NCBI GenBank assembly: GCA_005881435.1
Contig: VBHP01000029.1
Coordinates: 816-64,815 of the forward strand
Length of the DNA stretch: 64,000 bases
Direction: 5' to 3'
Source of the DNA: Chloroflexota bacterium
GTDB lineage: Bacteria; Chloroflexota; Limnocylindria; P2-11E; CF-107
Shown here: piece after piece, positions 56,471-64,000 of the stretch
Layout of the letters: each line of letters begins with the position of its first letter
Position numbering within the stretch: position 1 is the first letter of the stretch
Position numbers and translations under genes: made by a program
Notes under the pieces: generated by a model
Seen by the model: only the letters and a program-made list of their open reading frames with translations
Told to the model about the DNA's origin: nothing
Database searches by the model: none

Positions 56471-57756
56471 AGCGATTGATCTCCTTGTATCCAGAGCGGT
56501 GGCGCGAGCGGTATCGGGCCGAGATCGAGGCGTTGATCGCAGATCGGACCTTCGATCTGCGTGTCGCGCTAGATCTGCTCAAGGGTGCGCTCGATGCGCA
56601 TGTCCATCCCGAGCTCGTGCGCTCCGGCCTCCTTCTGTCTGCCGCAGGAGCTGATCGCGTCTTTGTGCCGGGTATGGGTTTCCGGGCCGCCGAAGGTGGG
56701 CTGACGCTGAAGCAGCCGGTCGAGGTAAGGCGCGGCGAAGTTTCGTTATGGCTGGGACGAATCGTTTCGGCCGAGCGTACAGATGTCGACTTCGCATTCA
56801 GCCCTATCGACGCGCTACTCGCACCTCAACCGAGCCCGACACCGTGGATCGGCTGGACGGTTGAGCTCCGCGATTCGACGGGTCGTGTCTACCGCGCGGG
56901 CGGGCGTGGCGCAGGCGGGACGCTGGGCCGGGTAAGCATCCGCGCTACGTTCGAGCCGATCGCTCCAGAGATACGGCACGCAGAGCTACGGGTGGACGGT
57001 CCGTTTGGAAGGTGGGAGATACCGTTCGATCTCGTTCCGCTTGCGGAATCCGAGGCGCCGCACGCGATTACTCCCGATGCGTCGGCCCACGATCAGGGCA
57101 TCACTCTCACGGCGACGGCGTTCGCGCGCGCGGCGGACTACACCGCCTTGCGCCTGGCGGCCATAGCAGGACCGCCCGTCCGCTTCGTCCGTGCCATAGC
57201 CGTCGGGACGCGATTGCCGGGCGCGTTCGCCATCCGCGCCGAGCCAATCGAACTCTCCGACGACAGGGGAAACCGTTATGGGCTGCGGTCGCAGGTCTCG
57301 ACCGCCTGGCCCGAGCCCGGCGCGTACCAAGAGACGCTCCTCTTCGGCCCCCTAGCTGCGGATGCGCAGCTCGTAACCGTCACCGTCGAATACATCCTCG
57401 TCGAGCTGAGCGCGGAGCCGTGCCGCATCACATATCCGCCCGGTACCGGCGACTACCTGTTCGGTGGATTCCCAATGCGGATCCGCAGCGCGACGCCGGA
57501 CCGAATGCCGGACCAGTACCTGTCACTGGAAGTCGAAACCAGTGAAGCCGCGGACGGACGCCGGCTGTCCCATCCCGGACGGGTAGACGTCGATGAGGCG
57601 GACGGCGGCTTCCGGATACAACAGGTGCGGACGACGCCCAACCTTCGCGTCATCCAGCTTGGCGTACGGCATCCTGGCGACGAGCCGTTCACGATCACCT
57701 TCCGCAATCCTGTCGTCGATGTGCCGGGGCGCTGGGCCGTGAGCTTCGCCGTCTAG
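56467..57756 (+). CDS. PadR-partner protein with beta-sandwich-like repeats
   Basis: N-terminal LYPERWRERY motif typical of PadR-coupled genes; two ELxDxxGxxY segments; ATGA overlap. Confidence 0.65.
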   Translation: MKRLISLYPERWRERYRAEIEALIADRTFDLRVALDLLKGALDAHVHPELVRSGLLLSAAGADRVFVPGMGFRAAEGGLTLKQPVEVRRGEVSLWLGRIVSAERTDVDFAFSPIDALLAPQPSPTPWIGWTVELRDSTGRVYRAGGRGAGGTLGRVSIRATFEPIAPEIRHAELRVDGPFGRWEIPFDLVPLAESEAPHAITPDASAHDQGITLTATAFARAADYTALRLAAIAGPPVRFVRAIAVGTRLPGAFAIRAEPIELSDDRGNRYGLRSQVSTAWPEPGAYQETLLFGPLAADAQLVTVTVEYILVELSAEPCRITYPPGTGDYLFGGFPMRIRSATPDRMPDQYLSLEVETSEAADGRRLSHPGRVDVDEADGGFRIQQVRTTPNLRVIQLGVRHPGDEPFTITFRNPVVDVPGRWAVSFAV

Positions 57757-58109
57757 CGTCCGGGATCGAGGCGCTGATCCAAGTAGACCCACAGCACGCG
57801 TGAGTAGCGGAACACCAGTGGCGACAGGACGACGAACAGGATCGTCGCCGCGACCGCGGCCAAGATGATCTCGAGATGCAGCACGGCCATGAAGAACACC
57901 GTCCCCCCAAGGAGGATCGGGATGGTGAAGATGTACGAGAGCTCGATCGCGACCGTGGTGTAGCCGGGCTCTCGCAGAAAGCGAAGCTCGCAGACCGGGC
58001 AGAACCAGTACATCGTGAGACGGCGTCGGAAGATCCGGCCTTCGCGGCAGCGCGGGCAGCGTTGCCGGAGGATCGCCTGTAGCAGGCCGAGACGCTGCAC
58101 CGTGGCCAT
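57753..58109 (-). CDS. DUF983-like zinc-ribbon membrane protein
   Basis: CPRC..G.IF, CPVC and REPGY motifs followed by two TM helices. Confidence 0.75.
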   Translation of the reverse strand: MATVQRLGLLQAILRQRCPRCREGRIFRRRLTMYWFCPVCELRFLREPGYTTVAIELSYIFTIPILLGGTVFFMAVLHLEIILAAVAATILFVVLSPLVFRYSRVLWVYLDQRLDPGR

Positions 58110-58244
58110 CGCCGCCGGCACCAGTTTCCACCTAACGGTGCCCGACCTGGTCCGGCTTGCCCGACGGGGCTACGATTCCGCCCCGGCGAACGCTCTAGCG
58201 CTCGCCTGCATCATGATCACGCGGGCATCAAGGGGGAGGTGCAC

Positions 58245-59891
58245 ATGGCGGTCTCGGTCGTCGTCACGCCGGAAGGCAAACACGAGCTCTCCGGCGAGCT
58301 CAAACGATCCGGGCTCTACAACAAGGACCTGGCGCCGACGCCAGCGCGGCTCCGGAACTGGGGCCTCTATTCGTTCCTCGCGTTCTGGGTCGGGTGTTGT
58401 GTCGTCATCCCATCCTGGAGCCTCGCCAATGTCGGGCTCGTGTTCGGCTTCACTCCGCTCACTTCGATCTTGGTCGTCGTTCTGGGGAACGCGATCGTCA
58501 CTGTGCCGCTGCTGCTGAATTCGCACGTCGGCGCGAAGTACGGCATCCCGTTCCCGGTGTTCGTCCGCGCCTCGTTCGGTACCTGGGGCGCGAATATCGC
58601 CGCAATGCTTCGCGCGATCGTCGCGTGCGGCTGGTTCGGCATCGAGTCGTGGCTCGGTGGCTACGCCATGTACGTTCTCGTCGGCATCATCTTCCCGGGG
58701 TTCAAGGACCCGCCGGTGAAGATCGACTGGTTCGTGCTTCCCGGGCCGTTCCAGATGTCGATGTTCCTGCTGTTCCTGATCCTCCAGGTCTGGCTGGCCG
58801 TCGTCGCGCCCCCGTGGAAGGGCTCACGCGCGATCAAGGCCATGTTCGACTGGTCCGCGCCGTTCCTGCTGGCCTTCACGCTGTTCTTGTTCCTGTATTT
58901 CGGATTGAAGGTCGGCTTCGACAAGATGTTCACCTTCCAATTGACTCCGGACAAGCCACTCGGCGGCGGTCTGTACTTCCTGTTCCTGTTGCTCAACATC
59001 AACGTCGGCTTCTGGGCGACGATGGCGCTGAACATCTCCGACGTGACGCGCTTCGCCAAGAATCAGACCCGCCAGATGATCGGTCAGGCCATCGGCCTGG
59101 TCGGAACGATGGCGTTCTTCAGCGGGATGGGCGTTCTGGTGACGGCCGGAGGCGTCGGCGCATATCCGGATGCGCTGAAGGACACCGCCAATCAGGCGGG
59201 CACCGCGAACGACCTATGGAACCCGATCAACCTGTTCGCCAAGCTCAATGCCGACCTCGGTGGCGCGCTCGGCATCATCGTGGTGGTACTGGCGTTGCTG
59301 TTCGTGATCCTCGCGCAGCTCTCGACCAACATCGGAGCGAACGTCATCGCGCCGGCCAACGACTTCCAGAACCTCGCGCCGAAGCGGCTGAACTGGGCCG
59401 CGGGGGTGATCATCACCGCGATCATCGGCACGCTGCTGCAGCCATGGGTCCTGTTCTTCAACGCGTTCTCGTACGCGATCACCTGGCTGTCCGGCTACGG
59501 CGGCTTCCTCGGCGCCATCGGCGGCATCATGATCGTCGACTACTGGCTGCTCCGGCGCCGGCGGCTCAACCTGCTCGAGCTCTATCGAGAGAACGGCGTC
59601 TACAGCTACCGAAACTCGTGGGGCGTCAACCCGTACGCGATCATCGCCCTGCTGATCGGAATCGTTCCGCCGTTTGTCGGTTGGCTCAACGTCATCGGCT
59701 GGGGCATCAGCATTCCCGGCTACCAGGGATCCTGGCTCGACTGGCTCCAAACCGGGTCGTGGTTCTGGAGCTTCTTCACCGCGGGAGTCTCGTACTTCAT
59801 CCTCATGGCGCTGTTCGGCCGCCAGTACATCGCCGAGCAGACCGGTGAAGCAGTCCGTCGGGACGAGGCGCGCGCACCAGCGCGGGCCTAG
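58245..59891 (+). CDS. NCS1 nucleobase/hydantoin:cation symporter
   Basis: NKDLAPT, KYGIPFPVFVRASFG, ACGWFGIESW and ALNISDVTRF motifs; GGAGGT SD. Confidence 0.93.
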   Translation: MAVSVVVTPEGKHELSGELKRSGLYNKDLAPTPARLRNWGLYSFLAFWVGCCVVIPSWSLANVGLVFGFTPLTSILVVVLGNAIVTVPLLLNSHVGAKYGIPFPVFVRASFGTWGANIAAMLRAIVACGWFGIESWLGGYAMYVLVGIIFPGFKDPPVKIDWFVLPGPFQMSMFLLFLILQVWLAVVAPPWKGSRAIKAMFDWSAPFLLAFTLFLFLYFGLKVGFDKMFTFQLTPDKPLGGGLYFLFLLLNINVGFWATMALNISDVTRFAKNQTRQMIGQAIGLVGTMAFFSGMGVLVTAGGVGAYPDALKDTANQAGTANDLWNPINLFAKLNADLGGALGIIVVVLALLFVILAQLSTNIGANVIAPANDFQNLAPKRLNWAAGVIITAIIGTLLQPWVLFFNAFSYAITWLSGYGGFLGAIGGIMIVDYWLLRRRRLNLLELYRENGVYSYRNSWGVNPYAIIALLIGIVPPFVGWLNVIGWGISIPGYQGSWLDWLQTGSWFWSFFTAGVSYFILMALFGRQYIAEQTGEAVRRDEARAPARA

Positions 59892-59908
59892 CGTTTCACG
59901 GCGCCTAC

Positions 59909-59943
59909 GTACGGCGCGGGTTCGTCCCGCGCCGTACTCTTTT
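59909..59943 (+). terminator. Intrinsic terminator-like hairpin inside the cluster
   Basis: GTACGGCGCGGG-TTCGT-CCCGCGCCGTAC followed by TCTTTT. Confidence 0.75.
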
Positions 59944-59965
59944 CGTCTCAGGGGGGAGAGGACGG

Positions 59966-60802
59966 ATGAAAGTGAAAGCGGGACTGCTGCAGGCATCCTG
60001 GAGCGGCGACAAGGACTCCATGGTCCAGAAGGCCGCGCGGTACATCGGCGACGCGGCGAAGCAAGGCGTACAGGTGCTGTGCCTGCAGGAGCTGTTCTAC
60101 GGACCGTATTTCTGCCAGGTACAGGACACCAAGCACTACTCCTACACCGAGCGCATTCCCGAGGGACCGACGACGAAGCTGATGCAGGAGCTGGCCAAGA
60201 AGCACGGCATGGTCCTCATCGCGCCGATGTACGAGGAGGATCGGACCGGCGTGTACTACAACACCGCGGCCGTCATCGACGCCGACGGCAAGTACCTCGG
60301 GAAGTACCGCAAGACGCACATCCCGCACGTCAACGGCTTCTGGGAGAAGTTCTACTTCCGACCGGGGAACATGGGTTATCCGGTGTTCGACACCGCCGTT
60401 GGAAAGGTCGGCGTGTACATCTGCTACGACCGTCACTTTCCGGAAGGCGCTCGCGCGCTCGGCCTGAATGGGGCGGAGCTCGTGTTCATCCCCTCGGCGA
60501 CGTCGCGGGGATTGTCGATGCACCTGTGGTTCATCGAGCAGACCGCACACGCGATCGCCAACGGCTACTGGGTCGGGACCATCAATCGCGTCGGCAAAGA
60601 GGAGGAGTTCGGGCCGAACGACTACTACGGCTCCAGCTACTTCGCCGACCCGCGGGGCAAGATCGTCGCACAGGCGTCGGACAAGGAGGAGCAGCTGGTG
60701 TGCGCCGAGCTCGACATGGACCTGGTGCGCGAGGTTCGCAATACCTGGCAGTTCTACCGGGATCGCCGCCCGGACATGTACGAGGAGCTCGTCAAGCCGT
60801 AA
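59966..60802 (+). CDS. Nitrilase-family N-carbamoyl hydrolase (beta-ureidopropionase-like)
   Basis: QELF, YRKTHIP and ICYDRHFPE (E-K-C triad); WQFYRDRRP motif. Confidence 0.9.
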   Translation: MKVKAGLLQASWSGDKDSMVQKAARYIGDAAKQGVQVLCLQELFYGPYFCQVQDTKHYSYTERIPEGPTTKLMQELAKKHGMVLIAPMYEEDRTGVYYNTAAVIDADGKYLGKYRKTHIPHVNGFWEKFYFRPGNMGYPVFDTAVGKVGVYICYDRHFPEGARALGLNGAELVFIPSATSRGLSMHLWFIEQTAHAIANGYWVGTINRVGKEEEFGPNDYYGSSYFADPRGKIVAQASDKEEQLVCAELDMDLVREVRNTWQFYRDRRPDMYEELVKP

Positions 60803-60826
60803 CGTCCGATGCCTAGAATCACCGCC

Positions 60827-61018
60827 ATGAAGACGCGCGTGGGCTTGCTGATCGCGTTTCTCGTGCTCGCGTACGGGACGGCGCTCGTGTTCCTCGCGTT
60901 CGATCGTGATTCGCATTCGGCGAGCGACACGATCCGCCCGTTTATCATCACCATGCTGCCCGTGTGGATCGTCGCGATCGCGGCCGCGCGCGTGCTCGTT
61001 CGCTCGCGCCCGCAGTAG
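60827..61018 (+). CDS. Small two-TM membrane protein
   Basis: Two hydrophobic helices; TAGAAT-N7-ATG. Confidence 0.6.
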   Translation: MKTRVGLLIAFLVLAYGTALVFLAFDRDSHSASDTIRPFIITMLPVWIVAIAAARVLVRSRPQ

Positions 61019-61041
61019 CAGGCGAGTTGGGGGGTCGGCCT

Positions 61042-61590
61042 GTGGAAGGGGATCTGCAGCGCTTCATGCGGCGCGCTCGTGAAGCCGTCGCTGCTCAGGA
61101 CGGCGAGGCCGCGCGGCGGGAGATCGGGCGTCTTCTGGGCGAGCTGTCGCGGTCTGGTGCGATCGCGCTCGACGGCGTCGAAGTCGGTCTCCACGGCAGC
61201 ACCGCGACCGCGTCGACGGTTCTGGCCCGGGACCCGGGCGGGCTGACGCTGATGCTGCTGCGACTGTCCGCGGACGAATCGACGCCGGTGCACGATCACA
61301 AGTCGTGGGGCGTGGCGTACACGCTGCGCGGCACGGACCGGCATAAGCACTGGCGCCGCCTCGACGACGGCAGCGAGCCCGGCCGAGGCCGGGTCGCCGT
61401 CGACGACGAACGCGAGGTCGGTGAGGGCGAGTTCGTCGACTGGCCTGACCCACCGCACGACATCCACAGCCAGCAGGGCGTCGGCGGACCGGCGTACGAG
61501 CTGGTCTGCTTCGGACGCGACCCGATGGCCGCGTTGCGCGATTACTACGATCCCGAACGTGGCACCGTCCGACAGGAACTGGCGCGATGA
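61042..61590 (+). CDS. Cysteine-dioxygenase-like cupin
   Basis: TPVHDHKSWG and PHDIH 3-His motifs; stop overlaps the hydA start (ATGA). Confidence 0.75.
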   Translation: MEGDLQRFMRRAREAVAAQDGEAARREIGRLLGELSRSGAIALDGVEVGLHGSTATASTVLARDPGGLTLMLLRLSADESTPVHDHKSWGVAYTLRGTDRHKHWRRLDDGSEPGRGRVAVDDEREVGEGEFVDWPDPPHDIHSQQGVGGPAYELVCFGRDPMAALRDYYDPERGTVRQELAR

Positions 61591-62996
61591 AGACGTTGCT
61601 GCAAGGCGGCACGATCGTGACCGCAGCCGATATATACCAGGCCGACGTGCTGGTCGACGGCGAGAAGGTCGCGCTGATCGGCAAGGGCCTTCCCGTGTCG
61701 GGGGCGAAGGAGATCGACGCGACCGGCAAATACGTGATCCCCGGCGGGATCGACGTGCATACCCACATGGAGCTGCCGTTCGGCGGCACGTTCGCGTCCG
61801 ATGACTTCGAGACCGGCACGATCGCGGCCGCGTTCGGCGGGACGACGTCGATCATCGATTTCGCGGTGCAATCGTTCGGGGCGACGCTGACGTCGGCGAT
61901 CGAGGCCTGGCAGAAGAAGGCCCGCGGCAAAGCGGCGATCGACTACGGGCTGCACTGCATCGTGCGCGAGCTCGACGACGAGCGCCTGAAAGAAATGGAC
62001 GAGCTCGTCGACGCCGGAGTGTCGTCGTTCAAGCTGTTCATGGCGTATCCCGGCGTGTTCATGGTCGACGACGCCACGATCTTCAAGGCCATCACCCGCA
62101 CCGGCGAGAACGGCGGCCTGATCTGCATGCATGCCGAGAACGGCGGCGTCATCGACGTCCTGATCAAGAAAGCGCTGAAGGAAAAGCACACCGAGCCGAA
62201 GTGGCACGCGCTCACCAGGCCGCCGGAAGCCGAGGGCGAGGCCACCAACCGGGCCTTCCGCCTGGCCGAGATGGCCGGCCGGCTGCCGCTGTACATCGTC
62301 CATCTCTCCGCCGCGCAGGCGCTCGAGCAGGTGCGACTCTTCCGCGACCGCGGTCTCCCGGCGTACGCCGAGACGTGTCCCCAGTACCTGTTCCTGTCGT
62401 ACGACAACTACGAGGAGCCGGGCTTCGACGGCGCGAAGTACGTGATGTCGCCGCCGCTCCGTCCGAAGTGGCATCAGGATGAGCTCTGGAAGGGCCTCGC
62501 GCGCAACGATCTGCAGGTCGTGTCGACGGACCACTGCCCGTTCTGCATGACCGAGGGCTACCAGGGCCTGCCCAAGCAGAAGCAGCTCGGCGTGGGGGAC
62601 TTCTCCAAGATCCCAAACGGGGCGCCGGGCGTGGAGACACGGATGGTCTTGCTATACGACGGAGGGGTGTTGGGCGAGCGGATCACGCTGAACCGCTGGA
62701 TCGAGCTGACGTCGACGACGCCGGCCAAGCTCTTCGGCATGTTCCCGCGCAAAGGCACGATCGCCGTCGGCAGTGACGCCGATATCGTGGTGTGGAATCC
62801 GAAGACGACGTCGACGATCTCGGCGAAGACGCATCACATGCGCGTCGACTACAACCCATATGAGGGCAAGCAGGTCAAGGGCAAGGCCGATGTTGTGCTC
62901 TCACGCGGCGAGGTCATCGTGGACGAGGACAAGTTCGTCGGAAAGAAGGGCAGGGGGCGGTTCCTCAAGCGCGGGAGCCCGATCCTTCAGACATGA
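61587..62996 (+). CDS. hydA: Dihydropyrimidinase/D-hydantoinase
   Basis: PGGIDVHTH, GGTT, SFKLFMAY, HAENG, ETCPQYL and STDHCPF motifs. Confidence 0.95.
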   Translation: MKTLLQGGTIVTAADIYQADVLVDGEKVALIGKGLPVSGAKEIDATGKYVIPGGIDVHTHMELPFGGTFASDDFETGTIAAAFGGTTSIIDFAVQSFGATLTSAIEAWQKKARGKAAIDYGLHCIVRELDDERLKEMDELVDAGVSSFKLFMAYPGVFMVDDATIFKAITRTGENGGLICMHAENGGVIDVLIKKALKEKHTEPKWHALTRPPEAEGEATNRAFRLAEMAGRLPLYIVHLSAAQALEQVRLFRDRGLPAYAETCPQYLFLSYDNYEEPGFDGAKYVMSPPLRPKWHQDELWKGLARNDLQVVSTDHCPFCMTEGYQGLPKQKQLGVGDFSKIPNGAPGVETRMVLLYDGGVLGERITLNRWIELTSTTPAKLFGMFPRKGTIAVGSDADIVVWNPKTTSTISAKTHHMRVDYNPYEGKQVKGKADVVLSRGEVIVDEDKFVGKKGRGRFLKRGSPILQT

Positions 62997-63018
62997 GCGC
63001 GCGAGCGGAGGTGAGCTG

Positions 63019-64000
63019 ATGGCTGTCACGACCAAGGCGCAGACGGACATTTCGCGGATCGCCAAGGACACACGCGACCACGTCCTGATCTCGTGGTCCG
63101 CGCAAGGGCAGGTCCAGCCACTCGTCGTCACCGGCGCGGAAGGCGTCTGGTTCTACTCCGGCGAGCGCAGGATCTTGGACTTCTCCTCACAGCTGATCAA
63201 CTCGAATTTGGGGCATCAGCATCCCAAGGTCGTGCGCGCGATCAAAGAGCAGGCCGAGAAGCTGTGCTACATCGGTGCCGCGTTCACCGACGAGGCCCGC
63301 GCGACGCTGGCGCGGATGCTCGCGGAGGTGGCGCCCGGAGATCTGACCAAGACGCTCTTCACGACCGGCGGCACCGAAGCCGTCGAGAGCGCGATCAAGA
63401 TGGCGCGGCTGTACACCGGCCGGCACAAGATCCTCACGTACTGGCGCTCGTTCCACGGCCAGACGCAGGGGGCGATGACCGCCGGCGGTGACTCGCGCCG
63501 CTGGGCCAACGAACCGGGCATCCCGGGCGTCGTGCATTTCCTCCAACCCGACCCGTACCGCTCGATCTTCGGCAACGACGCGCAGAAGGCGCTGGCCCAC
63601 GTCGAGGAGGTCATCTGGTACGAGGGTCCGCAGCACATCGCCGCGATCATGGTCGAGCCGATCATCGGCAGCGCCGGCCTGATCGTGCCGCCGGACGGAT
63701 TCATCGAGGGACTGCGGACGCTATGCGACCGCTACGGCATCGTCCTCATCCTGGACGAAGTCATGACCGGCTTCGGCCGGACGGGCAAATGGTTCGCCGC
63801 GGAGCACGCGAAGGTCGCGCCGGACATCATGACCTTCGCCAAGGGCGTGAACTGCGGATACGTGCCGCTCGGCGGGGCGATGGTCGACGAGCCCATCGCC
63901 AAACATTTCGAGGACCACGTGCTGTGGCAGGGCCTGACGTACAGCGGCCACGCGCTCGGATGCGCCGCCGGCGTCGCGACGCTCGAGGCCTACCGCGAGG
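63019..64000 (+). CDS. Class III PLP aminotransferase (beta-alanine/taurine-type), runs off the window; not in the ORF track
   Basis: Translated by hand: MAVTTK...LDFSSQLINSNLGHQHP...GGTEAVE...SFHG...DEVMTGFGRTG...TFAKG; GGAGGT SD at 63007. Confidence 0.9.
   Translation, partial: MAVTTKAQTDISRIAKDTRDHVLISWSAQGQVQPLVVTGAEGVWFYSGERRILDFSSQLINSNLGHQHPKVVRAIKEQAEKLCYIGAAFTDEARATLARMLAEVAPGDLTKTLFTTGGTEAVESAIKMARLYTGRHKILTYWRSFHGQTQGAMTAGGDSRRWANEPGIPGVVHFLQPDPYRSIFGNDAQKALAHVEEVIWYEGPQHIAAIMVEPIIGSAGLIVPPDGFIEGLRTLCDRYGIVLILDEVMTGFGRTGKWFAAEHAKVAPDIMTFAKGVNCGYVPLGGAMVDEPIAKHFEDHVLWQGLTYSGHALGCAAGVATLEAYRE

Noticed and set aside
63019-64000. Aminotransferase as the missing ArgD
   Set aside because: The LDFSSQL motif and the hydA context fit beta-alanine/taurine-type enzymes better; not formally excluded.

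Overview
High-GC bacterial chromosomal window with dense gene packing. No rRNA, tRNA, CRISPR array or mobile-element gene was recognised. Lipoprotein-type solute-binding proteins, a GAAC-N4-GTTC LexA-type box, actinobacterial-style iol genes and a class I LysRS suggest a monoderm lineage such as Chloroflexota; this is inference only. 1-36 kb is a large catabolic region: parts of four ABC importers, myo-inositol catabolism (iolG, iolC, aldolase, iolD, iolB, iolE, a second Gfo/Idh/MocA), glpD with two tandem GH63-like glycosidases, two glycerophosphodiester phosphodiesterases, two HAD phosphatases, an MBL-fold and a PHP-fold hydrolase, with small secreted orphan genes interspersed. 36-48 kb holds MFS, ribD, GNAT, an ARG-box-controlled argC-J-B-R-G-H-argA operon with a DinB/membrane tail, and a putative RHH-regulator/HtrA pair. 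48-58 kb holds ggt, a PBP, greA (attenuator-like leader), a class I LysRS with degenerate signature motifs, GH57 and a PadR module. 58-64 kb is a reductive pyrimidine/hydantoin cluster containing a cupin and ending in a class III aminotransferase cut off by the window edge. Best candidates for novelty: (i) a putative (glyco)inositol/glycerol phosphodiester headgroup salvage system, (ii) the motif-degenerate LysRS1, (iii) the LexA-box/TGTAATC regulatory node before the RHH-HtrA pair. Also notable are frequent leaderless and bidirectional promoters and apparent CTG/ATA starts. All calls come from reading motifs by eye; no database searches were run.
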